Source: Spirochaetaceae bacterium
Lineage (GTDB): Bacteria > Spirochaetota > Spirochaetia > DSM-2461
NCBI GenBank assembly: GCA_051531975.1
Contig: JAOPTT010000022.1
Coordinates: forward strand, 1 to 64,000
DNA: 64,000 nt
Reading direction: 5' to 3'
The position numbers and the translations under genes were made by a program. Of the stretch, positions 19,391-29,268 are shown piece by piece. Within the stretch, counting starts at the first letter, position 1. The number at the start of each line of letters is the position of its first letter. The notes under the pieces were generated by a model that saw nothing but the letters and a program-made list of their open reading frames with translations, had not been told where the DNA came from and searched no databases.

Positions 19391-20800
19391 ATGGATATAA
19401 GACAAGAGATTGCAAATAAAAGAGCAGAGAGAATAAAAAAAGAGGGATATGGACTATCTATAAAGGTTCCAAAGACTAGAGAAGTACCACTTAATGATTT
19501 TTATAAAGGTCCATATGTTATCTGCGAAGTTAAAAGAGGTTCTCCATCTAAGGGTGGCTTTGCAAAAGATTTAGATGCAGTAGGCCAGGCCACACATTAT
19601 AAAGATAGTGGAGTTAAACATATAAGTGTTTTAACAGAAGAGGATCGGTTTTTAGGTTCATTACAGGATCTAATTGATATAAAAAAGGCTTGTCCAGATG
19701 TTGCTGTATTAAGAAAGGATTTTCTTCTAGACCTAAAGGATATAGAGGTTAGTTTTCTTTGTGGGGCAGATGCTTTCTTATTAATTGCTTCACTATTAGA
19801 TAAAGAACTTTTAGAGATGATGTATAAAAGGGGAGAGCAGTTAGGAATGACACCTCTTGTTGAAGTACATGATAAAGATGATGTAGATAAAGTTCGGGAT
19901 CTTAAACCTAAATTAACTGGGATAAATTCCAGGAACTTAAAAACATTTACAATTGACAGCTTTAGGCCACTAAAAATAAGATCATATATAGATTGGGATA
20001 CTAATGTTATTTATGAATCTGGAATAAAAGAGAGTTCTGATGCTGTTTTTGCAAGGGATGCTGGATTTTCAGGTATTTTAGTTGGAGAGTGGGCTGTTAA
20101 AGACAGAACTTTAGCTAAATCCTTGGTTGATTTATATAAGCAAGATGCAAAAAAATCACCATGGAAGAAATTATATGAGAACTATTCTGATTCAAAACCT
20201 TTTATTAAAGTTTGTGGTATTACAAATAGAGAGGATGCTATAAAGGCAGCAGAACTTGGTGCAGATATGTTAGGTTTTATATTAGCGACATCACCAAGAG
20301 AGACCTCAATAGATTTTATAAAATCTATAAAGGATATTAATAAACCATTAAAAGTAGGGGTAGTTGTCCTGAAAAAAGGAATAAAATTATCTTCTGATAT
20401 AAAGGCTTTAATATCTGATGGATATCTAGATTTTATTCAGTTCCATGGTGAGGAGACATCAGAATATTGTAAGAGTTCTGGAGTACCTTATTATAAAGCA
20501 CTAAGAATAAAAGATTTAGAGTCTCTTAATAATGTCCAAGAATATTCTGGGGTCTGTTTATTAGATTCTTTTTCTAAGGATGCCCATGGTGGTACAGGTA
20601 AAAGAATAAGTGATGAACTAACAACTGAAGCTAGAAAGTTTGCTAATTTATGGTTAGCAGGTGGTCTGAACCCAGATAATGTTAAAGAGATAGTAAATAA
20701 ATACAGGCCAGAACTTATCGATGTATCAAGTGGTATTGAAATCAGTCCTGGTAAAAAAGATTTTAGTAAGATGGAAAAATATTTTAAGGAGTTAAAATGA
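19391..20800 (+). CDS. trpCF: Fused indole-3-glycerol-phosphate synthase / phosphoribosylanthranilate isomerase
   Basis: EVKRGSPSKG, LRKDF, GINSRNL, followed by KVCGIT, QFHGEE, LAGGLNPDNV, DVSSGIE. Confidence 0.95.
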   Translation: MDIRQEIANKRAERIKKEGYGLSIKVPKTREVPLNDFYKGPYVICEVKRGSPSKGGFAKDLDAVGQATHYKDSGVKHISVLTEEDRFLGSLQDLIDIKKACPDVAVLRKDFLLDLKDIEVSFLCGADAFLLIASLLDKELLEMMYKRGEQLGMTPLVEVHDKDDVDKVRDLKPKLTGINSRNLKTFTIDSFRPLKIRSYIDWDTNVIYESGIKESSDAVFARDAGFSGILVGEWAVKDRTLAKSLVDLYKQDAKKSPWKKLYENYSDSKPFIKVCGITNREDAIKAAELGADMLGFILATSPRETSIDFIKSIKDINKPLKVGVVVLKKGIKLSSDIKALISDGYLDFIQFHGEETSEYCKSSGVPYYKALRIKDLESLNNVQEYSGVCLLDSFSKDAHGGTGKRISDELTTEARKFANLWLAGGLNPDNVKEIVNKYRPELIDVSSGIEISPGKKDFSKMEKYFKELK

Positions 20801-22005
20801 AAAAATATAATAACTTTTTTGGCCGTTTTGGTGGTCGATATGTTGCAGAAGTTCTTAGGGCACCTTTGCAAGAACTTGAAGATGCATATAAAAAATATAT
20901 AAATGATGAAGATTTTATTAAACAATTAGCTCAGTTTTCTAAAGAATTTATTGGTAGGCCAACTCCACTACTATTTGCTGAAAATTCCACAAAAGAATTA
21001 GGTGGAGCACAAATATATATAAAACTTGAAGGCTTAGCTAATACTGGAGCCCATAAAATTAATAATGCTGTAGGACAGGCTCTGTTAGCTAAAAAAATGG
21101 GTAAAACCAGAATTATTGCTGAAACAGGTGCTGGACAACATGGTGTTGCAACCGCTGCTGCATGTGCAAGGTTTGGTCTTGAATGTATTGTTTATATGGG
21201 TGCAGAAGATATTAAACGGCAACACCCAAATGTCTACTGGATGGAGTTATATGGGGCAAAAGTTATAAGTGTGGAATCCGGGGCTAAAACTTTAAAAGAT
21301 GCTGTAAACGAAGCTTTAAGGGATTGGAGTGGTAGTTTTAATGATACACATTATATAATTGGTTCCGCTTTAGGACCGTCTCCATATCCAGACATGGTTA
21401 GGGAATTTCAGTCAGTAATAGGAAAAGAAGTTAAGGATCAGGCTTCTGAATTAGATATTGCAGCAATGGTTGCATGTGTTGGTGGTGGTTCTAATGCTAT
21501 AGGATTTTTTGAGCCATTTTTAGAACAAAAAGAACCCAGGTTAATAGGTGTTGAAGCTGGAGGCCGAGGTAGTGGTCTAGGTGAAAATGCTATACGAATG
21601 ACAGATAGTGGACGAGACGGCATAGTTCAAGGGTATAAAAGTAAATTTTTAGTAGATAACGATGGTCAGTTATGTGAAACCCACTCTATATCTGCAGGTT
21701 TAGATTATCCAGGTATTGGCCCTCAGTTAGCCGATTATGGCGAGATGGGAAGAATAGAGTTTACATCTGCAGATAATAATGAGGCTATTGAAGCACTAAA
21801 GTTTTTTGCAAGAAACGAGGGTGTTATTTTTGCCATGGAGTCAGCACATGCTGGAGCTGCAGCAATGAAGTTAGCTAAAGAGTTACCTAAAGATAAATCT
21901 ATAATAATTAACATGTCAGGCCGGGGAGATAAAGATATATTTATTTCTGCTAAGGTAATAGATGAAAAACCATGGAAAGAATTTTTAAAGGAGGAGTCTA
22001 AATGA
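20797..22005 (+). CDS. trpB: Tryptophan synthase beta chain
   Basis: TGAHKINN, AETGAGQHGVA, GGGSNAIG, SAGLDYPGIGP, SGRGDKD. Confidence 0.97.
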   Translation: MKKYNNFFGRFGGRYVAEVLRAPLQELEDAYKKYINDEDFIKQLAQFSKEFIGRPTPLLFAENSTKELGGAQIYIKLEGLANTGAHKINNAVGQALLAKKMGKTRIIAETGAGQHGVATAAACARFGLECIVYMGAEDIKRQHPNVYWMELYGAKVISVESGAKTLKDAVNEALRDWSGSFNDTHYIIGSALGPSPYPDMVREFQSVIGKEVKDQASELDIAAMVACVGGGSNAIGFFEPFLEQKEPRLIGVEAGGRGSGLGENAIRMTDSGRDGIVQGYKSKFLVDNDGQLCETHSISAGLDYPGIGPQLADYGEMGRIEFTSADNNEAIEALKFFARNEGVIFAMESAHAGAAAMKLAKELPKDKSIIINMSGRGDKDIFISAKVIDEKPWKEFLKEESK

Positions 22006-22751
22006 ACAAACAGATAGTATCACATTTAATCGCAGGGTTCCCAACTTTAGAAGACTCGTTTAATGTTGCAAAAGGTCTTATTGATGGAGGTGGTTTTGCT
22101 CTAGAAATTCAGATTCCATTTTCAGATCCATCAGCTGATGGTCCAACAATAGAAGCTGCCTGTTGTAGCTCTTTAGAAAAAGGATTTAAGGTAGAACATG
22201 GCTTTGATCTTATTAAAAGGGTAAAAGAGTATAGCCCTAAAACTCCAATTTATATTATGAGTTATGCAAGTGTTATTTTTACAAAAGGAATCGAAGAGTT
22301 TGTAAAAAAAGCAAAAGAGTATGGAGTTAAGGGTCTAATTATTCCAGATTTAACAGTAGGATCGGATGAAGGTTTATATAAAATAGGATATAAACACGGC
22401 GTAGATATCGTACCAGTATTAGTTACTTCTGTGCCTAAAAGTAGAGTTGAAGAGATATTAGAAGTTAATAAATCAGAATGGGTTTATATTGCACTTAGAG
22501 GTGGTATAACTGGTACTTATACAAATATTACTCAGGAGAATTTAGACTTTTTAACCTATGTAAAATCAAAGAATGTTAAGGTTATGGCAGGTTTTGGTAT
22601 TCAGAGCTCAGAACAGGTTTCACTGCTAGATAAACATGTAGATGCATCGGTTGTTGGTTCATATTTTGTAAAAAAAACCAAAGAATTATATGACAATAAT
22701 TTAGATATAATAAAGGGTATCAAAGAGAGTATTGAACAATTAAAAGATTGA
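22002..22751 (+). CDS. trpA: Tryptophan synthase alpha chain
   Basis: EIQIPFSDPSADGPTI, GITG, AGFGI, VVGS. Confidence 0.95.
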   Translation: MNKQIVSHLIAGFPTLEDSFNVAKGLIDGGGFALEIQIPFSDPSADGPTIEAACCSSLEKGFKVEHGFDLIKRVKEYSPKTPIYIMSYASVIFTKGIEEFVKKAKEYGVKGLIIPDLTVGSDEGLYKIGYKHGVDIVPVLVTSVPKSRVEEILEVNKSEWVYIALRGGITGTYTNITQENLDFLTYVKSKNVKVMAGFGIQSSEQVSLLDKHVDASVVGSYFVKKTKELYDNNLDIIKGIKESIEQLKD

Positions 22752-22795
22752 TTTTAATGTCTATTAAAGTTATTATTAATTTTTAAGGAGTTTTA

Positions 22796-23866
22796 ATGGA
22801 CATTAATAGATTTGATGACATTTTTGGAAATAGTTTTTTTGCAGGTATTGATAAATCTGAATTTTCTGAGGTCGATTTAAGTTGGTTTGTTGAACAAAAA
22901 TTCTCAATTGGTGACATGATTATTAGACAGGATACCGAGGGTGATGTTATGTATTTAATATCATCTGGGGAAGTAATTATCTCTAAGGTAATTTCTAGTT
23001 TAGAGGTAGAACTAGCTAGAAGAGGACCAGGTGATTATGTTGGTGAGATGGCACTTTTTGATAAAGAACTTAGAAGTGCTAATGTTATAGCTGCAACAAA
23101 TGTTGTGGTTTATTGTATAACAACTAAAGTCTTTTTTGAGCTTTTTAACCATTTTGAGCAGATTAAAATTAATGTAATTAAGATTATAAACTCCAATATT
23201 AGAGAAACAGGTCAAAAACTTGGTGCTAAAAGTATATCTTTAAATAGGCAGTTATCAATAAAAGATATCGAGTTAAATGAAACAAGAAGTCTTTTAAATG
23301 AGACTATAGAACTTAAAAGAAATATTGATGAGCAAAAAGAAGAGCTTGAACTAATAAACCGTGAACTTGAAAAAAGAAATAAAGAACTTTATCAGTTATC
23401 AATTAAAGATGATTTAACACTACTTTATTCAAAACAACACTTTATGAACTTATTAGATAATGAGTCATCTAGGTCTAAAAGATATAATATTCCTTTATCA
23501 CTATTGATTATAGATATAGATAATTTTAAACAGTTTAATGATTCTTATGGTTATTTTACCGGGGATAGGGTTATTAAGGAAACTGCTGGTCTAATATCTT
23601 CATTAGTTAGACAAGAGGATATTATTGGCCGAATAGACGGTGAAAAATTTGGTATCATTTTAGCACATCAAACCTTAGAAGAAGCTATAAAAATTGCAGA
23701 TATAATAGTAAATGAAATTGAAGGGAATCACTTTGTAATAAATGGGAAAAAAACTGGTGTAACAATAAGTCTTGGTATATCCACCGGGGATGATCTAGTT
23801 GTCAAAGCGGAAGAGGCTCTGTTAAAAGCAAAAGAATCTGGTAAAAATAACTTTCAGATAGTTTAA
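22796..23866 (+). CDS. cNMP-binding domain + coiled coil + degenerate GGDEF protein
   Basis: GEMALFDKELRSANV (cNMP domain); DDLT, DIDNFKQFNDSYG, RIDGEKF in place of RxGGEEF. Confidence 0.88.
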   Translation: MDINRFDDIFGNSFFAGIDKSEFSEVDLSWFVEQKFSIGDMIIRQDTEGDVMYLISSGEVIISKVISSLEVELARRGPGDYVGEMALFDKELRSANVIAATNVVVYCITTKVFFELFNHFEQIKINVIKIINSNIRETGQKLGAKSISLNRQLSIKDIELNETRSLLNETIELKRNIDEQKEELELINRELEKRNKELYQLSIKDDLTLLYSKQHFMNLLDNESSRSKRYNIPLSLLIIDIDNFKQFNDSYGYFTGDRVIKETAGLISSLVRQEDIIGRIDGEKFGIILAHQTLEEAIKIADIIVNEIEGNHFVINGKKTGVTISLGISTGDDLVVKAEEALLKAKESGKNNFQIV

Positions 23867-23869
23867 ATA

Positions 23870-24808
23870 CTATTCTGCAGATGCTCTTTTTAACTTATCA
23901 TTTATTGCCTGACCTATATTTATCTCTTTTATATACGAAGTTAAAATAAGGTCATATCCATTACTATCTAGTTCTCGAAGATATCTATATAACTTCTCAG
24001 CTGCCTCAATATAACTTCCAGAAGAAGATAAATTCAGTACTTTAGAAAACTGGATATTAGGAGTATTATCAGCAAATGCTAAAAATGCAATTTTTCCAGT
24101 ATAACTTTTTAATGGACTGTATATTTCTAGTTTTGTTGTTGGTGCATAATGTTTTTCTAGCATTCCTGGTGCATCTGGTTTAGATGAACTATTTACTCTC
24201 TCTGTTACCTCTCCAATTATCTCTTCAATCTGGGATTTAGTTATTTTACCTTTTCTTAAAATAGTTGGTGAATCTACTAATGAAATAATAGTTGATTCTA
24301 ATCCTACGGTACATTCTCCACCTTCAAGTATATAATCTACTCCATCTTTTAATGGCTCCAGATGAGAACTTTGAGTTGGGCTAATATATCCAAATTTATT
24401 TGCACTTGGACCTGCAATAGGCAGTCCAGATTGTTTAAGAAATTCTAATGCTACTGGGTGGTTAGGAATCCTAATACCAACTGTTTCTAAATTTGATGTC
24501 ACAAGATATGGAATATTATCATTTTTAGGAAGTATCATTGTAAGTGGTCCTGGCCAGAACTTAGCCGCAAGTTTTTGTGCAACTTCAGGGAAATCCGATA
24601 CTACCATAGATATTTTATCAATAGAATCTATATGTACAATTAGAGGGTCGTAGGTAGGTCTCTCTTTAACTAAGAAGATATTTTTTACAGCATTTTCATC
24701 AAGAGCATTAGCCCCTAATCCATATACTGTTTCTGTTGGAAAAATAACTAAACCACCATTTTTAATAATATTTCCGGCTTTAGTTATATCACTTCCAATT
24801 TTATCCAT
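23870..24808 (-). CDS. sua5: L-threonylcarbamoyladenylate synthase (Sua5 type)
   Basis: FPTETVYGLGA, KERPTYDPLIVH, FWPGPLT, PSAN, C-terminal SUA5 domain PGMLEKHYAP. Confidence 0.93.
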   Translation of the reverse strand: MDKIGSDITKAGNIIKNGGLVIFPTETVYGLGANALDENAVKNIFLVKERPTYDPLIVHIDSIDKISMVVSDFPEVAQKLAAKFWPGPLTMILPKNDNIPYLVTSNLETVGIRIPNHPVALEFLKQSGLPIAGPSANKFGYISPTQSSHLEPLKDGVDYILEGGECTVGLESTIISLVDSPTILRKGKITKSQIEEIIGEVTERVNSSSKPDAPGMLEKHYAPTTKLEIYSPLKSYTGKIAFLAFADNTPNIQFSKVLNLSSSGSYIEAAEKLYRYLRELDSNGYDLILTSYIKEINIGQAINDKLKRASAE

Positions 24809-24949
24809 TAAAATCCCCTTAAATTGTCTATAGATAATAGTTTAATAGCCAATAATATGTCAATTGAATATGAGCCTAGACTATTGATTAATATCGGTTT
24901 TTTTAAGATATTTATATCTTAAATTATACGTAAGACGTAGGAGTTCAAA

Positions 24950-26107
24950 TTGAGTCCATTAAACAGAAGAATTGGTATCGTAGGTGGTGGTCAATTAGGT
25001 AAAATGATGATTTTAGATGCAAAAAGAATGGGTTACTTTGTAGCTATTTTAGACCCATCTGAGAACTGTCCTGCACACTCTATCTGCGATGTACATATAG
25101 TTAAATCTTTTGACGATACAGAAGCTTACAAAGAGTTAGCATCAATTGTTGATGTAATAACCTACGAGTTTGAACATATAAATTCTAAAATACTTCAGGA
25201 AATTGAGGATGATGGACACCCGGTCTACCCAAGCCCTCACTCCCTAGAAATAATTCAAGATAAGAAGATACAGAAAGAGACATTAATTAAACACGGTATT
25301 AATACCCCTCAGTTTATAGGTGTAGACTCAACCGAAGATATAAAAGAAGCAGGAAAAGAACTAGGTTACCCTTTAATGTTAAAAGCAAGAAAGGGTGGTT
25401 ACGACGGCAAAGGTAACGCCTTAGTTAAAACAGAAAACAACATAGAAGAGTGTTTTACAGCCCTAGGTTCTGGTAATGTTCCTTTAATGGCAGAGAAGTT
25501 CTGTCCCTTCGAAAAAGAGATTTCAGTTTTAGCATGCCGTGATATAGAGGGTAACATCTCAGTTTACCCGGTAGCAGAGAATATCCACGTAGATAGTATT
25601 CTTGATGAAACTTTAGTTCCTGCTGACATATCAGAGAAAAGCAGAAAAAATGCAATGACAATGGCACACTCAGTAATGGAAGTATTCTCCGACGTTGGTA
25701 TGTTTTGTACCGAGATGTTTGTAACAGCAGACGGAGAAGTATCACTAAACGAGGTTGCACCAAGACCCCACAATTCTGGTCATTATACAATAGAGGGCTG
25801 TTATACAAGCCAATACGAAGCTCACATAAAAGCAATTACAGGTTTACCAATCGGCGATGTATCACTAAGAAGTCCTTCAGTTATGAAAAACATCCTAGGG
25901 CAAGGCGAAGAGGGTAAGACAAAGATCTCAGGGATAAAAGAACTACTACAGGATCCTAAAGTAAAATTCCACCTCTACGGCAAAGATAGATCAAAACCTA
26001 AAAGAAAAATGGCACACATAACAGCAATAGGAAACACACTAGAAGAGGCAAGAATAAGCGCCAACAATGCATACAACAAGATACAAATATCAGGAGAGAA
26101 GAAGTGA
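24950..26107 (+). CDS. purK: N5-carboxyaminoimidazole ribonucleotide synthase
   Basis: [42 protein letters not shown]. Confidence 0.96.
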   Translation: MSPLNRRIGIVGGGQLGKMMILDAKRMGYFVAILDPSENCPAHSICDVHIVKSFDDTEAYKELASIVDVITYEFEHINSKILQEIEDDGHPVYPSPHSLEIIQDKKIQKETLIKHGINTPQFIGVDSTEDIKEAGKELGYPLMLKARKGGYDGKGNALVKTENNIEECFTALGSGNVPLMAEKFCPFEKEISVLACRDIEGNISVYPVAENIHVDSILDETLVPADISEKSRKNAMTMAHSVMEVFSDVGMFCTEMFVTADGEVSLNEVAPRPHNSGHYTIEGCYTSQYEAHIKAITGLPIGDVSLRSPSVMKNILGQGEEGKTKISGIKELLQDPKVKFHLYGKDRSKPKRKMAHITAIGNTLEEARISANNAYNKIQISGEKK

Positions 26108-26646
26108 ATAAAATAGCAAAACCACTAGTAGGAATAATAATGGGAAGCGACTCTGACCTCCCAGTAATGAAAGATGCAGCACAAATATTAGACCAATTAC
26201 AGGTTCCATACGAACTAACAGTAGTGTCTGCCCACAGAACCCCTGATAGACTTGTTAACTACGCAAAAACAGCAAGAGAAAGAGGTCTAAAAGTAATAAT
26301 AGGAGGAGCCGGAGGTGCAGCCCATCTACCAGGAATGGTAGCATCAATGACACCTCTACCAGTAATAGGTGTCCCAGTTAAAACCAAAACAATGAGCGGC
26401 CTAGACTCCCTATACTCAATAGTACAAATGCCCCCAGGAATCCCAGTAGCAACAGTAGCCATAAATGGTTCCAAAAACGCAGGTATCCTAGCAGCCTCAA
26501 TAATAGGAGCATCAGATAAAGAAACCCTAGACAATGTTGAACAATACAAAAAAGAACTAGAACAGATGGTACTAGGCAAAGCAAAAAAACTTGAAGAGAT
26601 GAAGTACAAAGAATATTTAGAAAATATGTTATACCCTCAAACATAA
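26104..26646 (+). CDS. purE: N5-CAIR mutase
   Basis: [35 protein letters not shown]. Confidence 0.97.
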   Translation: MNKIAKPLVGIIMGSDSDLPVMKDAAQILDQLQVPYELTVVSAHRTPDRLVNYAKTARERGLKVIIGGAGGAAHLPGMVASMTPLPVIGVPVKTKTMSGLDSLYSIVQMPPGIPVATVAINGSKNAGILAASIIGASDKETLDNVEQYKKELEQMVLGKAKKLEEMKYKEYLENMLYPQT

Positions 26647-26685
26647 TAAAATACTAAAAAACCAATCAATTACCAAACTAAAGTC

Positions 26686-26820
26686 TAATAACACCAATAA
26701 TACTCCAAAATAACCTCAAATATAGCCAAAAATATAACTTTTGCTATATGTACTATCAGTATAAATTATGTATTAATTAAATAGAGTTGAGATCGTTCAG
26801 ATATAAATTCTTTTACAATA
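26686..26820 (+). repeat. 135-bp element, copy 1 (contains an 11-6-11 imperfect palindrome)
   Basis: Shares caaaataacctcaaatatagccaaaaatataactttt(g/a)ctatatgtac...aattatgtattaattaaa with 32691-32825. Confidence 0.88.
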
Positions 26821-26835
26821 ATTTAAGGGAACAAA

Positions 26836-27855
26836 ATGATAAATAATTTTATAATACATGAGATACAAAAAGAGCAACACACTGACATTAGTAAGTTTAT
26901 TCCATCAAAAGTTGAGGTTACTAAAGATTATATTGCAGAATCATTAGTAAATGAATTACATAAAGAAATAACAAAATCATCAAAAAAAGTATACGGAATC
27001 TTTAAATCCACTTCATCATCATATTTTAAATTAGAGTTCGAAAAGCACCTAACTAGTGAAAACTATAATTTATTAGTAAATTCAGAATCATTTATCGGAG
27101 ATATTAATGGTGATTCATTGAGAAGACATATTAATGGCCAGACTTTATCAACTGGAGGACATATAATTCTCATTGATTATAATATAGGTGATACTAGATA
27201 TTTTGTTGTGGCTATGATAAATAATAAATCTGGTAAATCAGTTACTATAAGTAGTGATGGTATTCCAACAATTTATGAGACAGACCAAATTGATTTTTCA
27301 GCTCTAGATATAGCATGTAGAATTGATATTGATGCTTTTAATAATGGTGATGACGAAAAAAATTATTTATGCTTTATTTCTGGAAGGCAAGATATTGCAA
27401 AATATTTTGTAGATTTTATTGGATGTAAGAAATTTAACAAAAAGAAAATAAATTCTGAAAACCTTGTATTTATTATTGAACAACTTTCACATGATTATCC
27501 AGAAAAAGATATTATTGAAAACGCATTTAATTATATAAAACCAAAAATCAAAAATAAAGAAGTTGTAGATTTATATCAATTATCTGAATATCTTTTAGGA
27601 GAGGATAATCAGGATGAAATAATCAAAAAGGCAGTTGAAAATGGTATTCTCATAGATCATAGTTTTATCCCATCAAATTCTGAAATTGATAAATTGAAAA
27701 AGTTTGAGTTTATAGGGGATTGGATTAACAAACTACAATTCAAAAAAGATATTGCACTAAAACAAGATATAATTAGTATTGTTGATGATAGTACTATTCA
27801 ATTACACGATGTTGGTAAATTAGTTGAAAGAATAAATGAACTTAGAGCAAACTAA
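26836..27855 (+). CDS. Nucleoid-associated protein family (YejK/NdpA, NA37-like)
   Basis: FIIHEIQK N-terminus, STGGHIILIDY, LDIACRID, YLCFISGRQDIAKYFVDFIGC. Confidence 0.75.
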   Translation: MINNFIIHEIQKEQHTDISKFIPSKVEVTKDYIAESLVNELHKEITKSSKKVYGIFKSTSSSYFKLEFEKHLTSENYNLLVNSESFIGDINGDSLRRHINGQTLSTGGHIILIDYNIGDTRYFVVAMINNKSGKSVTISSDGIPTIYETDQIDFSALDIACRIDIDAFNNGDDEKNYLCFISGRQDIAKYFVDFIGCKKFNKKKINSENLVFIIEQLSHDYPEKDIIENAFNYIKPKIKNKEVVDLYQLSEYLLGEDNQDEIIKKAVENGILIDHSFIPSNSEIDKLKKFEFIGDWINKLQFKKDIALKQDIISIVDDSTIQLHDVGKLVERINELRAN

Positions 27856-29077
27856 ATTTATAAATGAAATTAACATAATATATAAAAACTCAATAAAAGA
27901 TGATAGTAATTCAGATATTATTCTCCAAACAAAATCTAATAATAAGGATAACGATCAGATATATAAAATATTAATAGAAGATAGTAAGAACAATAAGTTT
28001 TATGAACATGATTTTGAGTTTGATGTTGAATTAGAAAGTGAAGATCTTTCTAATATTTGTATTATTGTTAAAAGAAAAGTTATTATTGATAAGCTACAAC
28101 TATGGGTATATCTTGACCATAATCAATTCTATACAAGAAATGTATTTAATTTCCCCAAAGGAGATTTTTACATAATTCAAAGCCAACAGGAATCGGATAA
28201 AGATAGCTTGTTCTACAAAGATTTTGTCAGATATTTAGAATTTATTAAATTGATGAATGACTCTTGTGACTTTAAGAATACTCAAAACAATTACTCATTT
28301 ATTTTAGAAGGATCAAAACCATTTTGTATAAATATAACTAAAGGACAATCATTTAGCTATTCAAAATACTTAGATAAAATCTTATCCATTAATAAGAACT
28401 CTTCTGATAAAAACTCGTTTATTGAAGAATTTAGAATTATATTTAAGACAAATTTAGCAAATTATATAAAAATTCATAGATTTAAAGATATTATTGAATT
28501 TACTCCAGTTATTGAAGATTTTATGAAAGATGTATTTGAGGATTATAGAATTTTAATTAGTAAATTTTCTTTTAAAGAATTAAAAACACAATTTATAGAA
28601 GAAAAAAATAAATACACTCTACTTCTAAACAACCATATTAGTAATGTTATAAAGTTAATTTATTCCATACCTTTAAGTGCCGGACTTTCAATTATACTAA
28701 AAATTGAAGATACAGAAGAAGTTAGTACAACTATTTTGTTTGTTTCAGCATTTATATTTTTTGCAATAGTTTCAATAATCATAATAATTCACAATTACAC
28801 AAGTTTAAATTTAACCCACTCTTTTATACTTAATGAAGAATCTAAACTAAAGAACATAGATTTAGATAATGAAACTACTTTATTCAAAGATGAATTCAAG
28901 AAGCATTTTGATATGTTTTATACAAAAATAAATTTAACAAAAGTTCTAAGTATATTTCTAATTATAATTTTTATAGGATTTAGTACTTATTTTTTAATTA
29001 CTTCCTTTCATATTGATATAGTAAATATAAGGAAGATGATATTCGATGATATCAATTTCTTTGTCTGTGTAAATTAA
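27836..29077 (+). CDS. Hypothetical protein with about three C-terminal TM helices
   Basis: Overlaps the upstream gene by 20 bp; hydrophobic segments IYSIPLSAGLSIIL, ILFVSAFIFFAIVSIIIII, VLSIFLIIIFIGFSTYFLI. Confidence 0.8.
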   Translation: MNLEQTKFINEINIIYKNSIKDDSNSDIILQTKSNNKDNDQIYKILIEDSKNNKFYEHDFEFDVELESEDLSNICIIVKRKVIIDKLQLWVYLDHNQFYTRNVFNFPKGDFYIIQSQQESDKDSLFYKDFVRYLEFIKLMNDSCDFKNTQNNYSFILEGSKPFCINITKGQSFSYSKYLDKILSINKNSSDKNSFIEEFRIIFKTNLANYIKIHRFKDIIEFTPVIEDFMKDVFEDYRILISKFSFKELKTQFIEEKNKYTLLLNNHISNVIKLIYSIPLSAGLSIILKIEDTEEVSTTILFVSAFIFFAIVSIIIIIHNYTSLNLTHSFILNEESKLKNIDLDNETTLFKDEFKKHFDMFYTKINLTKVLSIFLIIIFIGFSTYFLITSFHIDIVNIRKMIFDDINFFVCVN

Positions 29078-29091
29078 TTTAACTTGATTAT

Positions 29092-29201
29092 ACATAACAA
29101 AGTGTTGGAAATGAAAAGATTTTGTCATGAAATCTGCAAGAAAAATGCAGGTTCCACACCAAATATTCGGAGCAAACTTTCATCTCAACATGATGTTATA
29201 C
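29092..29201 (+). repeat. attC-like site 1 (110 bp)
   Basis: ACATAAC...TGTTG[G]AAATGAAA...TTTCATCTCAACA...GTTATAC; internal ctgcaagaaaaatgcag hairpin. Confidence 0.8.
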
Positions 29202-29218
29202 ATATAAATAAAAAAATA

Positions 29219-29247
29219 TTGATATACTGTAGATTTTAAACTATAAT
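29219..29247 (+). promoter_or_regulatory. Cassette-internal sigma70 promoter
   Basis: TTGATA-17 bp-TATAAT, followed by RBS ggag before 29269. Confidence 0.65.
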
Positions 29248-29268
29248 TTTTTACTTGGAGAATAAATA

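Noticed and set aside
25455..26644. Several overlapping ORFs within purK/purE
   Set aside because: They are shadow ORFs favoured by the local composition bias, with no protein-like motifs.
26722..26749. Chromosomal dif site / replication terminus
   Set aside because: It is present twice, does not match the XerC/XerD consensus, and the local skew polarity is origin-like; kept only as a dif-like geometry.
26747..26820. Tn7-like transposon end (TGTAC start)
   Set aside because: The duplicated homology extends ~60 bp outside the TGT, and there is no clear matching right end, target duplication or tns genes.
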